Assembly (NCBI GenBank): GCA_943356415.1
Contig: CALREW010000001.1
Location: forward strand, 80,528-144,527
Reading direction: 5' to 3'
Length of the DNA: 64,000 bases
Source: Candidatus Nomurabacteria bacterium
GTDB taxonomy: Bacteria; Patescibacteriota; Minisyncoccia; Phycocordibacterales; SBAW01
The number at the start of each line of letters is the position of its first letter. Positions within the stretch are counted from its first letter, which is position 1. The notes below the pieces were generated by a model. That model was not told where the DNA came from. It saw nothing but the letters and a program-made list of their open reading frames with translations, and did no database searches. This document shows, piece after piece, positions 19,213 to 29,701 of this stretch. The position numbers and the translations under genes are program-made.

Positions 19213-20361
19213 CTATTCACACCTCACTCCTAACTTTTCCTCAAACTCTCGGCACATTGCTTCTCGTTGTTGTGGAGCGTAAAACCCTTCTAAATATTCA
19301 AGTGCTGCACTCCCCGGGCAATCATCTTGTTTAAGTACTGGCATGACTGCACGTGCTTCGGTGCAAAATTGGAGCAAGGCGACGTGCTGTCTATTCGGAA
19401 TACCTAGTTTTGCCAGACCAACGCTGTACCCTTTAATACACAATGATGCGAGGGTGCCTGGCATATCTTCGCAGGCTTGTATGTCGCTTTGGTACGGAGA
19501 CCGCTCTCCAATATGGAGGTGAGCTGTGTCATAGCCGAATGACCATACAACTGCTTCGAGAGTAGTTGTACTAATGCCTTGAGGATATATATCGCTCAGC
19601 GCTTTTTGAAGCTCTGCAAAACTTGTAATGCCAGCAAGAGGGACTACTGCCCATTTATAATTACCAATGCACCGGGTGCGAATGTCGGGTTCAAATCCGT
19701 CGCATAGCGCAAGTGGGTTTGCGGTGCCTACGGACACTGCTTCACGCCCCAGTTTATTAAAAAGTCCTGAAAGGCAGTTGTTATAGTCTGCAGGATTCGG
19801 CGAAATATTTTTACATTGTGCGATGGCGTACGTGGCCATTTTTACTGGGTCATTTTGAAAATCTTTCTTAATGAAGGGGAGTGCGCGGCCAATACCTCGA
19901 AAACATTCAGCTTCTGCGTCGGGAACGAGCTGGCCAATATTTTTCCCCGTGGCAGCACAAAATTGCACTGCCGTTTCGATACTCCCTCTATCAAGTAAAA
20001 GTGCTCTCGGATATTCTTGGTAAAACCCATAGTTACAAACGACACTCTCTGGGCCGAGTGAAAGTTTGCTCGGGTCTTTTTGTTTTGCGTACACGGCAGC
20101 CCCTACTTCGAGTGCAAACTCATAACAGTGTGGTCGGAACCAGAGATTGTTCTTATACAATTCGTCAATTTTCTTAAATCCCGTTGCTGCGTCCTCACTA
20201 ATAATAGTGGTGCTTATTTCATAAAGATTTTTGTCGTATTGAGTTTTTTGTTGCTGCTCGCTCGGCGCATGTGGGAGTCGGGATTGTAGTACAACCGTAA
20301 TGCCTACGAAGGCGGTAACTGCAAGGAAAATAAGAACACGGGCAGTTACGGCACTTTTCAT
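19213..20361 (-). CDS. Cys-rich exported hypothetical protein
   Basis: N-terminal TM; repeated C..G helical units (CFRGIG, CLSGLF, CIKGYS). Confidence 0.7.
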   Translation of the reverse strand: MKSAVTARVLIFLAVTAFVGITVVLQSRLPHAPSEQQQKTQYDKNLYEISTTIISEDAATGFKKIDELYKNNLWFRPHCYEFALEVGAAVYAKQKDPSKLSLGPESVVCNYGFYQEYPRALLLDRGSIETAVQFCAATGKNIGQLVPDAEAECFRGIGRALPFIKKDFQNDPVKMATYAIAQCKNISPNPADYNNCLSGLFNKLGREAVSVGTANPLALCDGFEPDIRTRCIGNYKWAVVPLAGITSFAELQKALSDIYPQGISTTTLEAVVWSFGYDTAHLHIGERSPYQSDIQACEDMPGTLASLCIKGYSVGLAKLGIPNRQHVALLQFCTEARAVMPVLKQDDCPGSAALEYLEGFYAPQQREAMCREFEEKLGVRCE

Positions 20362-20432
20362 TTGGCCATTCTAACGAAAAAACCAGGACGTTGCTGTCCT
20401 GGTTTCTCCTCCCGCCATTGCTGGCAGAAAAT

Positions 20433-21455
20433 CTATTCCGGCCGCACCTTGAAGCCCGCCTTGACGAGGCTGTCGTGGATTCGCTTCGCGTCGCTGTTGC
20501 GGAACGCAAGCGTCTCTACCGGATTCATGAAGACGGGTTCGGCGCCCATCTGGGTGTACTTCCGCCCCACCTCGCCTTCGAGTGCTTCCTTGATGAGGGC
20601 GGAGAGCTTGTCGACGACGGCCTGAGGCAAACCACGGGGTCCGCACAGTCCGCCCCACGTGGTCATCTCGTAGCCAGGTAACAGCTCGTCGAGTGCCGGA
20701 AGTTCCGGCAGTTGTCGGTTACGCTTCCTTGATGTGACGGCCAGGCCCTTCATCGTTCCTGCGCGAATATTCGTCACGGCCGGGCCGATGTTATCGAACA
20801 TGAGATCGGCGTGGCCACCAACGATGTCGCGCACCGCTTCGCCAGTCCCACCCTTGTAACCGACCGATGTGAAGGTAATGCCAGTCATCTGCTCGAAGAG
20901 AACGAGTGAGATGTGTGGAGTGGTGGCGATGCCGCCGTGTGCTGCCGTATATGGCTTGGGGTTCACCTTCGCGAGCGCAACGAGTTCTTCTACCGATGAA
21001 ACCGGCAGGTCACGGCGGGTCAGAAGAACGTTGCTTTGCAGATACAACGTGCCAATTGCCGCGAAGTCCTTCACAGAATCATACGGCGCAGGCGCTGCAA
21101 CATCGACTCCATCAGGAATGATCATCGTCGATGATGCATGAGTGACCGCGTTGTAGAGGCCGATGGTGTACCCATCTGGTGCAGCTTTTGCGAGTGCTGC
21201 AGTACCGATGGTACCGCTTGCGCCGAGGATGTTCTTGACCAGGAAGTTCTGTCCAGTGCGCTCGCTTGCGAACGCACAGAAAATCCTGATAAAGACGTCG
21301 GTGGGGCCGCCTGCCGAAAACGGGCAGATTACCTCGACTGGCCGATTAGGCCACGCGTCTTGCGCAAACGCAGGGACGCAGATCGCCCGAGGTGCAACTG
21401 CGGCGCTAAGGCTAACCGCAAGCATACTGCGACGGGGAAGTACGAGTTTGAACAC
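20433..21455 (-). CDS. Bug/TctC-family tripartite tricarboxylate transporter substrate-binding protein
   Basis: WPNRPVEVICPFSAGGPTD, APDGYT, YKGG, LAVTS, WGGLCGPRGLP; AAGGAGG SD then GTG 21455; RR-type signal. Confidence 0.9.
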   Translation of the reverse strand: MFKLVLPRRSMLAVSLSAAVAPRAICVPAFAQDAWPNRPVEVICPFSAGGPTDVFIRIFCAFASERTGQNFLVKNILGASGTIGTAALAKAAPDGYTIGLYNAVTHASSTMIIPDGVDVAAPAPYDSVKDFAAIGTLYLQSNVLLTRRDLPVSSVEELVALAKVNPKPYTAAHGGIATTPHISLVLFEQMTGITFTSVGYKGGTGEAVRDIVGGHADLMFDNIGPAVTNIRAGTMKGLAVTSRKRNRQLPELPALDELLPGYEMTTWGGLCGPRGLPQAVVDKLSALIKEALEGEVGRKYTQMGAEPVFMNPVETLAFRNSDAKRIHDSLVKAGFKVRPE

Positions 21456-21672
21456 GAATTGAGCCCTCCTTGGGCGTGTTGGTTGTGTAGGGGAAGAAGG
21501 GGCAGTAGTGCCCGAACAGAGTTCCAAAAATGAGAGTACTGCATCGGAGCACAGAGTTCCATAGAATGCGAAACTCGTCGCGTCTGTGTATCGTTAGAAA
21601 GGAAGGAGCACCTTGAGACGTGCTTTTCACCACATTCTGCAATATAGGGCGCTGCCCAGAAAGGACGACCGC

Positions 21673-23499
21673 ATGTGCGGAATCATCGGAATCATCGGCA
21701 AGGCGCCGGTCACCCCGCTTCTTGTCGATGCGCTGAAGCGCCTCGAATACCGTGGCTATGACTCAGCGGGTGTTGCGACGCTCATCAACGGCCACATCGA
21801 TCGCCGACGCGCGGAAGGCAAGCTGGCCAATCTCGAGGCGAAGCTCGCTGGGGAACCACTGGCGGGCACTATCGGCATCGGTCACACGCGCTGGGCGACG
21901 CACGGGAAGCCGAGCGAACGCAACGCTCACCCGATCGCAACGGATCGTGTGGCAGTCGTTCACAACGGCATCATCGAGAACTTCCAGGAGCTCAAGGACG
22001 AGCTCGTGGCGGAAGGTCGTCGCTTCGACAGCGACACAGACACGGAAGTCGTCGCGCAACTGCTGACCTCGTACCTCGAGCGCCAGCTGTCGCCCGAGCA
22101 GGCGATGGAAAAAGCAATGGGACGCTTCAAGGGCGCATTTGCCCTCGTCGCTCTCTTTGCTGGACGACACGATATTCTCATCGGCGCTCGTCGTGGTTCG
22201 TCACTCGCTGTCGGCTACGGCGAAGGTGCAATGTACATCGGCACCGACGCCCTTGCACTCGCGCCGTTCACCGATCGCGTCGCGTACCTGGAGGAGGGTG
22301 ATTGGGCTGTTCTGCGCGATACTGATTGCCTCTTCTATCAAGGGGTGACGCAGGTCACACGGACCGCAAAGCATACCGGCCTCAGCTCGACACTCGTCGG
22401 CAAGGGGAATCACCCGCATTTCATGCTCAAGGAGATCTGTGAGCAGCCAACGGTGTTGGGTGACACGATGCAGCAATATCTCGACCCCAGTCGACGTGTG
22501 CGCCTGCCGGCGCTTTCGATCGACTGGAAGAACGTGAGTCGCTTGACCATGACTGCGTGCGGCACGGCGAACTTTGCCTGCCAGATCGCTAAGTACTGGT
22601 TCGAGAAACTGGCTCGGCTTCCCGTCGACACAGAGATTGCCTCCGAGATGGGCAGTCGCAAGCCGCCGCTTTCGAAAGGAAGCGTCTGCGTAGCCGTGTC
22701 GCAGTCTGGCGAGACCGCAGACACGATTCGCGCGATCAAGTACGCCAAGCAGGAAGGCTTGAAGGTCGTCTCCGTCGTGAACGTGCCGGAGAGTCAGATT
22801 GCCCGCCTGAGTGATGTGGTACTGCTGACGGTCGCTGGCCCTGAAATCGCGGTGGCGTCTACCAAGGCGTTCACCACGCAGTTGCTGGTATTACTGTCTG
22901 CAGCGATCGATGCAGGCCGCGCGCGAGGCACGCTGTCGGAGGAAGATGAGCGCGCGCTCACGCTTGCGCTTATCGAGCTGCCGAGGAAGGTGAGCGAGGT
23001 CATCGATGCACAGGAGCAGTTCAAGGCGCTCGGTGCACTCGAACTTCTCGCGAAGGCGAAGTGCGCGCTCTACCTGGGACGCGACTATCAGTATCTGATC
23101 GCCATGGAAGGGGCGCTCAAGCTGAAGGAGTTGACCTATATTTCGGCCGAAGGGTACGCCGGCGGCGAAATGAAGCATGGGCCTATTGCCCTGGTCGACT
23201 CGGACCTCCCGGTCTTCGTGCTGGCTCCTTCGGGCCCGTCGTTTGACGAGATGGTGTCGAACTTCGAGCAGGTGAAAGCGCGCGGTGGTCAGGTCATCCT
23301 CCTTACCGACGCGCGTGGTGCGAGCCGTCTCGCCAACGAAAGCACGGCGTGCTGCATCACTCTGCCCGACGTTCATCCGGACGTCGCGCCCATCCTCTAC
23401 GCCGTCGCAGTGCAGTTGATCGCGTATCATACGGCACTGTCGATGGGCAGAGATATCGATCAGCCTCGCAATCTGGCAAAGTCGGTGAGCGTCGCGTGA
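21673..23499 (+). CDS. glmS: Glutamine--fructose-6-phosphate aminotransferase
   Basis: MCGIIG, LEYRGYDSAG, GHTRWATHG, SQSGETADT, EMKHGPIAL, PRNLAKSV. Confidence 0.97.
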   Translation: MCGIIGIIGKAPVTPLLVDALKRLEYRGYDSAGVATLINGHIDRRRAEGKLANLEAKLAGEPLAGTIGIGHTRWATHGKPSERNAHPIATDRVAVVHNGIIENFQELKDELVAEGRRFDSDTDTEVVAQLLTSYLERQLSPEQAMEKAMGRFKGAFALVALFAGRHDILIGARRGSSLAVGYGEGAMYIGTDALALAPFTDRVAYLEEGDWAVLRDTDCLFYQGVTQVTRTAKHTGLSSTLVGKGNHPHFMLKEICEQPTVLGDTMQQYLDPSRRVRLPALSIDWKNVSRLTMTACGTANFACQIAKYWFEKLARLPVDTEIASEMGSRKPPLSKGSVCVAVSQSGETADTIRAIKYAKQEGLKVVSVVNVPESQIARLSDVVLLTVAGPEIAVASTKAFTTQLLVLLSAAIDAGRARGTLSEEDERALTLALIELPRKVSEVIDAQEQFKALGALELLAKAKCALYLGRDYQYLIAMEGALKLKELTYISAEGYAGGEMKHGPIALVDSDLPVFVLAPSGPSFDEMVSNFEQVKARGGQVILLTDARGASRLANESTACCITLPDVHPDVAPILYAVAVQLIAYHTALSMGRDIDQPRNLAKSVSVA

Positions 23500-23558
23500 C
23501 GCTCATACGAGAAAATTTCTACCACCGCCCGCGCTTCGGCCCGGGCGGTGTACTGCGT

Positions 23559-26500
23559 CTAATGGGTAACTGGAGGTGCACTCATACGCTCGGCAAACAT
23601 TTTTTCCAGTCCTTTACCTGGTTTGCGGTGAAGCATGACGGGAATAAATACGAGCGTGAGAACCGTGCCGAAAATGAGACCGAACATAATCGTAAAGGCG
23701 AGTGGGGCCCACAACGCTGAAGCAAAGGAGAGCGGTATCATACCGACTGCCGTTGTTACCGTTGTAAGGAAGATAGGGCGCAAACGAGAAGAAGCGGCGC
23801 GCACGATAAAGTCATCGAGGCTTCGCGGGCCAGTACCGTCATCGGTGGAGCGTAGTGGCGAGATAAAGGAGTCGATAAGAATGATGGCGTGGTTGATAAT
23901 GACTCCGCCGAGTGCGATAAGACCAAGAAGCGAAGGGAAGGACAGTGGTTTGAAGGTAATAAGAAGTCCCAGCAACACTCCGGTTATAGAAAGTGGAACA
24001 ATCATTAAGGTATAACCTGCCAGACGGAATGAGTTGAACTCAAGCACAACCACTGCATACATGATCACGATACCTGCAATAAAGGCAAAAAACATTTCCA
24101 TAAACGACTGGTTTGTTTCTTCGTTCTCGCCCCCGGTAGACATGACAACTCCGTCAGGGAGCGCAAGGTCAGTCTTCGATTTCTCCATAAAGGCAGCAAG
24201 AGTGTCACGTGCATTTTCACCGCTTTTAAGCGTGGCAGAGACCGTCATGATGCGTTTGCGCCCTTCGTGGGCGATAGCAGATTGACCCTTAGCAAGTGTT
24301 GGATTCACGAGCGAGCCGAGCAGTACTTGGCCGTCTGCGGTTGCGATAGGTATTTGTTTGATTGCGTCAAACGTTGCTCGTGATGCGTCTTCTGCGCCAT
24401 ACGCGGTCGGATTGAGGTTGGCGCGCACCGTAACCGAAATGTCGTCACCAAAGGTGCGTATTTTGGTTGCTTCAACGCCGTAGATAGCGCTGCGCAGCGT
24501 TTGAGCAATGGCAACGGGTGTAAGTCCCAAGGAAGCCAACTTCGCGCGATCTGCAGTTAGCACGAACTCAGTGCCACCGGCGTCGCCAGAAGAGCGCACA
24601 TCAGCAACGCCTTCCATACTTCCTAGAATGTTTGCAGTTTTCTCTGACGCTTGGGCGAGGGCACCCAAATCATCACCGGTGAATTTAATAAGAATGGGAG
24701 CGCCCGTTGGCGGTCCACCGGCAGGTTCTCCGACGCGGATGGTTCCAATAGTCATGTCAGCCATTTGTGCACGCAAACGGTTTACAACATCGGTGCTGCG
24801 CTTCGTGTCTTTGTCGGAGAGAAGTATCAATGCGTTTGCAAATCTCGAACCAGAACTTGCCGCCCCACTAAACTGGTTGGTTGTACCAACCGTCGTAATG
24901 ATGGACTCAAATTCCTTGTGTTCATAGAGACGTTCTTCGACGGCACGCATCGCAAGGTCAGTTTGTGCGAGCGGGGTTCCTTCGGGCATTTCAAGGTCGA
25001 GATACACAAATTCAGCGCCACCTCCAGGGAAGAATTCAACTTTCACGAGACCAAATATTGGGAGTGCCAAGCTTGCGAGAAAGGCGAGCGCAATACCCCA
25101 AAGGAAGTACTTTTGGAGACGTGGTTGGGCAAACATATGGCGCAAAAAGCTTTCATATTTGCTGCGCGCAAGATTTGCGTAGCGATCTTGGAGTTCGCCG
25201 AGACGGCCTGCATGAGTTTCTTTAACGAATAGTGTTGCAAGAAGAGGCAAGATGCCGAGGGCAACAAACGTTGAGGCGATAAGCACCGCGATAATGGTGA
25301 ACGGAATCGACTTTATGAACTCTCCGGTAATCCCTGAGATAAAGAAGAGAGGAACGAATACGCCAACGGTGGTGGCGGTGCCTGCGATAAGCGGCCATGA
25401 AAACTCTCGAACGGTTTCGCGTGCTGCACGTAGCGGGTCGTGGTGGCGCGCCAAGCGGACGCTCATACCTTCAACAATCACAATGCCGGCGTCGACCAAA
25501 ATACCAATGGCAAGAATGAGAGAAAATAGCGATACGAAATTGATGGTGTTGCCTGAGTAATAGAGACCAACGAACGAGATAAGGAAGGAGAGGGGAACTG
25601 ATATGCCCGCGACGAGCGACTCACGCCAGCCGATGGTAATAAAGAGACACAATGCAACAAGAAGGACAGTCTCAATACCGACACGAACAAGTTCTCCAAG
25701 ATCTTTGTTTACTTGCTCACCGGCATCAAAAGAGACAACGACTGAACTTCCTGCAAGTACAGGCTTGCTCTGAAGTTCAGTGAGTTTTGTGCGCACTCCG
25801 TCTGCAACTTTGGTTACATCAGCACCAGCGCCTTTGAATATGTTTAAGGTGAGGGCTTGTTCTGACGGTGCGCCTGCTTTGGAGAGTCGAGTGAGGGTGG
25901 TTGCGGATTCTACACCGTCCGCAATAGTCGCAATGTCGCGAACGTAAATGATCGCGCCGGTGCGCGTCGGAATGCCGATGAGCCCAACATCTTTTGGATC
26001 AGTGAGATCGCCGGCAAAGCGAACGCTGTACTCAACATCATCGACGGTTATTTTGCCGGCAGGAAGTGCTGCATTTGCAGCACGAATAGCGTTACTGACA
26101 TCGCCAAGACTCAAGCCGTATCGAGCGAGGTCTTCCTTGCGGACAATAACCTGCGTCTCGCGCGGTCGAGCACCTTGTACTTCCACTCGGGAAACGCCAG
26201 GTATTGCCTGGAGTTCATCCTTGAGCGTATCGCCAAGAGCTGCAAACTGACCAAACGGTAAGTCGGCAGAGACTGAGACAATGAGGACTGGCTGGTCAGA
26301 AAAATTTACGTTGCTGACTGAAGGGTCCTTCGCTTCCTCAGGGAGTTCGGGTTTAACCTTATCAACTTCATCCTTTAGTTTGCGTATCGACGAGTCAATA
26401 TCTGCAGATGCAACGTACTGGACGGTTACTACCGATATGCCATCACCTGATGAGGATGTGATTTTGTCGACATCGGAAAGCGATGAGAGTTGCTTCTCTA

Positions 26501-26702
26501 TCTTGTTGGTCACCAACGATTCAACTTCGGTAGACGATGCCCCAGGAAGTGCCGTTACGACAATACCGATAGGGACTTCGACTTCAGGTGAAGACTCCTT
26601 ACGAATAACAATCGCTGAAGCGACGCCAGCGAGAACCAACCCTGCGATAAGCAGATAGGTAAATTGTCGACGTGAAAGGAAAAAATTCCAGAGAGGAAAC
26701 AT
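23559..26702 (-). CDS. RND efflux permease (AcrB/AcrD/AcrF family)
   Basis: GILVDAGIVIVE, SRLRPIFLTTVTT; 1047 aa with two TM clusters. Confidence 0.95.
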   Translation of the reverse strand: MFPLWNFFLSRRQFTYLLIAGLVLAGVASAIVIRKESSPEVEVPIGIVVTALPGASSTEVESLVTNKIEKQLSSLSDVDKITSSSGDGISVVTVQYVASADIDSSIRKLKDEVDKVKPELPEEAKDPSVSNVNFSDQPVLIVSVSADLPFGQFAALGDTLKDELQAIPGVSRVEVQGARPRETQVIVRKEDLARYGLSLGDVSNAIRAANAALPAGKITVDDVEYSVRFAGDLTDPKDVGLIGIPTRTGAIIYVRDIATIADGVESATTLTRLSKAGAPSEQALTLNIFKGAGADVTKVADGVRTKLTELQSKPVLAGSSVVVSFDAGEQVNKDLGELVRVGIETVLLVALCLFITIGWRESLVAGISVPLSFLISFVGLYYSGNTINFVSLFSLILAIGILVDAGIVIVEGMSVRLARHHDPLRAARETVREFSWPLIAGTATTVGVFVPLFFISGITGEFIKSIPFTIIAVLIASTFVALGILPLLATLFVKETHAGRLGELQDRYANLARSKYESFLRHMFAQPRLQKYFLWGIALAFLASLALPIFGLVKVEFFPGGGAEFVYLDLEMPEGTPLAQTDLAMRAVEERLYEHKEFESIITTVGTTNQFSGAASSGSRFANALILLSDKDTKRSTDVVNRLRAQMADMTIGTIRVGEPAGGPPTGAPILIKFTGDDLGALAQASEKTANILGSMEGVADVRSSGDAGGTEFVLTADRAKLASLGLTPVAIAQTLRSAIYGVEATKIRTFGDDISVTVRANLNPTAYGAEDASRATFDAIKQIPIATADGQVLLGSLVNPTLAKGQSAIAHEGRKRIMTVSATLKSGENARDTLAAFMEKSKTDLALPDGVVMSTGGENEETNQSFMEMFFAFIAGIVIMYAVVVLEFNSFRLAGYTLMIVPLSITGVLLGLLITFKPLSFPSLLGLIALGGVIINHAIILIDSFISPLRSTDDGTGPRSLDDFIVRAASSRLRPIFLTTVTTAVGMIPLSFASALWAPLAFTIMFGLIFGTVLTLVFIPVMLHRKPGKGLEKMFAERMSAPPVTH

Positions 26703-26706
26703 GACG

Positions 26707-28377
26707 TTATTTAACGGTTACCTGCTCGCCACTCTTTAAGCCACGCGCATCGGTGACTATGTTCATGTCGGTAGAGAGTCCAGACGTAATGACAACGCGG
26801 TCTCCGAGAAGTGTGCCGAGAACGACTGGGTGTGCAAGAAGGGCACCAGTTTCTTCAACGGTAAATACGACCGTTGCGTCGGTGCCGATTTTGAGTGCGG
26901 AAAGCGGGATGGCGATGGGGCCGGACGTAGTCACTTTGCTCTCGCGTTTTAGCTCCACCGTCACCGCAGCACCGTTTATAAGCGGGGTGGTGTCAGGTAG
27001 GCCGATGCGGACTTCAAGTTTTTTGGTCGACGGGTCAATGGCTGGCGCGATACGAGTTATCACTCCTTTGTAGGTTGCGCCGTCTGGACCTTGAACGCTT
27101 GTCTCACTGCCGGCAGACAATTCCGTTGCGTCGCCCTCAGTGACGTATGCCACGACTTCGAGCGCTTTGTTGTTGGCAATGGTTGCGGCAGGAGAGAGTG
27201 CAGCGACAAAATCACCCTGCGTAAGAGGAAGCGAGTTAATGGTTCCGGAGATGGGAGCGCGAACAATGGTTTTTTCAAGATTTGCACGTGCCGCGGCAAG
27301 AGAGCCTTGTGCCTGCTTGAGTGTTGCTTGCGCAGAAGCAATATCAGATTCATCTCCAACAACGCCTTGCTCGAGACTCTTGCGAGACACTTCAACTGCT
27401 GAAGCCTTGCTTGAGAGAAGATCCCGAGCGGCTGAAATGGCCGCAAGCGCCGCATTCACGTTGGTTCGCGCTGTATTTGCGTCAGACTTATACGACGCAA
27501 TACTTGTTTCTGAAATGTTTTGGTTAGTGATAGCGCGGTTGAGTGCGAGGATAAGTCGGTCGAGGAAATTGCGCACGTCACGCAACTCCGTTTCGGTACG
27601 CGCCAACTCTGCCTCAAGATCGTTTGAAGCGGAAAGCGTGCTCGAAAGGTTTGCCTCTCGCTTAAGTGTGGCGCCAAGACTTACGCGCGCACTAGCTGCG
27701 TCGTTAGCTGCTTGTGAGTCGGTCGACTGAACGAGGAGAGACGGCGAACTGGTATCTGGGTTATTGAACATTGGGTCCGTTTTGCGACGAAGGGTTTCGT
27801 CCACAGTCGCGTATGAGGAGAGCAGCGTATTTACTGCTGCAGTACGTGCCGCCGCGAGGGATGTTTCTGCGCTCGCCACACCAGACTCAAGTATCGCTAC
27901 TTGTTCGTCGCGCGCACCGCGTGTGACTTTGTTTAGCTGTGCACGCGCGCCGTCTGCAACGCCTTCGCTTTGGAGTACTGCCGCACGCTCGCGCGCGTTA
28001 TCCATCTCAGCGATGATTTCACCTGCGCGGATCGAATCGCCAAGTTGCTTGTAGAGGCGCACTATTTCACCAGATGACTGGGTTCGTACATCTGCCTCTG
28101 ACTGCGACGTAACAATGCCAACCACTGGCAAGAGCGAAGCGACGCCTGCAAGTTCACCGACCGAGCGTACCGACACGGTACGAGGGCCTTGTTCAGTGAG
28201 AGGGGTTTCGGTGGGACCGCCGCGCACAATAAGCGTACCTAAAATGCCAATGAGGATTCCGGCGACTGCAGAAAGCTTCCACCATCCGACACGTTTGCCA
28301 AAACGCTTAAACCACGAGTACGCGTCGTGTCGGAAAAAGCGGAGCATTGAACGAAGGGTGTTGGTAAACGAAGCCAT
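26707..28377 (-). CDS. RND efflux periplasmic adaptor (MFP) with long coiled coil
   Basis: lipoyl-like halves, VRAPISGTI, GLKSGEQV; upstream of RND permease. Confidence 0.9.
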   Translation of the reverse strand: MASFTNTLRSMLRFFRHDAYSWFKRFGKRVGWWKLSAVAGILIGILGTLIVRGGPTETPLTEQGPRTVSVRSVGELAGVASLLPVVGIVTSQSEADVRTQSSGEIVRLYKQLGDSIRAGEIIAEMDNARERAAVLQSEGVADGARAQLNKVTRGARDEQVAILESGVASAETSLAAARTAAVNTLLSSYATVDETLRRKTDPMFNNPDTSSPSLLVQSTDSQAANDAASARVSLGATLKREANLSSTLSASNDLEAELARTETELRDVRNFLDRLILALNRAITNQNISETSIASYKSDANTARTNVNAALAAISAARDLLSSKASAVEVSRKSLEQGVVGDESDIASAQATLKQAQGSLAAARANLEKTIVRAPISGTINSLPLTQGDFVAALSPAATIANNKALEVVAYVTEGDATELSAGSETSVQGPDGATYKGVITRIAPAIDPSTKKLEVRIGLPDTTPLINGAAVTVELKRESKVTTSGPIAIPLSALKIGTDATVVFTVEETGALLAHPVVLGTLLGDRVVITSGLSTDMNIVTDARGLKSGEQVTVK

Positions 28378-28394
28378 ACCTGAGTGCGTTTAGA

Positions 28395-28742
28395 TTAACG
28401 TTGAGTAGTAAGAGTGCGGTGAGGAAAAGTACCGGTACCTTTGCGCCCTTCAAGAAGGGTTTGCGCTTTCTGTATTTGCTCGGAGAGGCCGCGGAGGAAC
28501 TCCAGCATATGAGAGGTGTTTAAAATATACACAACCTCACGCCCTTGCCGCTCATCCTGCACCAGACCGTGCAGTTTTAGGATTTTAAGATGCTGCGATA
28601 CGGCCGATTGGCTGATACTTGAAGCGCGCACCAGTTCGGACACGGTTCGCGGTCCTTTAATGAGCGCCTCAACAATTTGGAAGCGGGAATGACTGCCGAT
28701 CCCTTTGCCGAATGATGCGGCCTGCTTGCAGAAAAATCGCAT
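28395..28742 (-). CDS. ArsR/SmtB-family regulator
   Basis: SRFQIVEAL..TVSEL..SQSAVSQHLKILK..GLV..RQGREVVY. Confidence 0.9.
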   Translation of the reverse strand: MRFFCKQAASFGKGIGSHSRFQIVEALIKGPRTVSELVRASSISQSAVSQHLKILKLHGLVQDERQGREVVYILNTSHMLEFLRGLSEQIQKAQTLLEGRKGTGTFPHRTLTTQR

Positions 28743-28748
28743 CTCGGG

Positions 28749-28768
28749 ATATTAGCGTATGCTTATGT
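28749..28768. promoter_or_regulatory. Putative ArsR operator overlapping -10 box
   Basis: Imperfect palindrome ATATTAGCGT|ATGCTTATGT; minus-strand TAATAT 6 nt before arsR ATG. Confidence 0.4.
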
Positions 28769-28799
28769 GTTGCGCAAGCGGGCGTGATAGAATGGAGCC

Positions 28800-29024
28800 A
28801 TGATAAAGCAATTTCTGCTCAAACAATTAGTGAAGCGCAAGATGGGCGCACTCCCTCCTCATATGCAAGAGAAGTTTGCGCGCGCCATTGAAGAGGATCC
28901 AGAATTTTTCACAATGCTATCAAAAGAGATTGATGCAGAAATGAAGCGCGGTAAACCGCAGATGGCGGCGTCGATTGCGGTTATGAAGAAACATCAAAAG
29001 AGACTGCAGGAATTGCTTAGTTGA
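28800..29024 (+). CDS. Hypothetical protein
   Basis: 74-aa ORF with TGaTAGAAT extended -10 6 nt upstream. Confidence 0.7.
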   Translation: MIKQFLLKQLVKRKMGALPPHMQEKFARAIEEDPEFFTMLSKEIDAEMKRGKPQMAASIAVMKKHQKRLQELLS

Positions 29025-29095
29025 GTTTCGTTATCGTACGTAGTCCCCAAGCACGTACTATCAACTATCGACTACAAACTATAAACTAGAGGGTA

Positions 29096-29701
29096 ATGGA
29101 TTCCCTGGCGCTCTTTTTCTTTTTTCTACAACAGCTTGGCATATGCCTCGGCGTCGGTTCGTCTACCTTTGCGGTGATGTTTTACATCATCGGGAGTGCC
29201 GATGGGACCATTGACCAATCAGAGCGGGCATTTATGCACGCGGTGTATACCACACTTCGCATCGGCCTTTTTCTTATCATTGCAAGCGGTGCGGCGATAA
29301 CCGGCGCGCACCTCGCAGCAGGCGACATGTCGCTTGTCGAAAGTCCAGTGTTTCTTTTCAAATGGCTCCTCCTCGGCGTCCTTGTAATAAACGGCATGCT
29401 GATGAAATACCGCATTATGAATCATTCTATTGGCGGGCCGATTGCCGGGGGCTCTTGGTACGCGCTTTTTTTCGTCCATACGCTTGCCATTAACCTCAAC
29501 TGGGAAATGCTTTTCACACTCTATGCGCTTTGGCTCATCCTTTTCGCGCTGGCCTTTAAAGGACTCACCCGCTTTGCTATTGATAGGCATCAGGCGCACA
29601 TGCAGGCCGCAGCCCCAACGGTGCCGGTACCGACTGGACCACGCATCGAATTTACACTTGGCCAGACAGACTCAACCCCTCATGAAACTCCTCGGGCATG
29701 A
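29096..29701 (+). CDS. Multi-pass membrane protein
   Basis: About five hydrophobic segments; ATGA overlap with next gene. Confidence 0.75.
   Translation: MDSLALFFFFLQQLGICLGVGSSTFAVMFYIIGSADGTIDQSERAFMHAVYTTLRIGLFLIIASGAAITGAHLAAGDMSLVESPVFLFKWLLLGVLVINGMLMKYRIMNHSIGGPIAGGSWYALFFVHTLAINLNWEMLFTLYALWLILFALAFKGLTRFAIDRHQAHMQAAAPTVPVPTGPRIEFTLGQTDSTPHETPRA

Noticed and set aside
21456-21672. glmS ribozyme upstream of glmS
   Set aside because: Conserved ribozyme core not recognisable; the region looks like divergent promoters.
17395-23550. Second integrative island at tRNA-Ala(GGC)
   Set aside because: No integrase or att duplication found, and the tRNA terminator is still adjacent; mixed composition suggests separate acquisitions.
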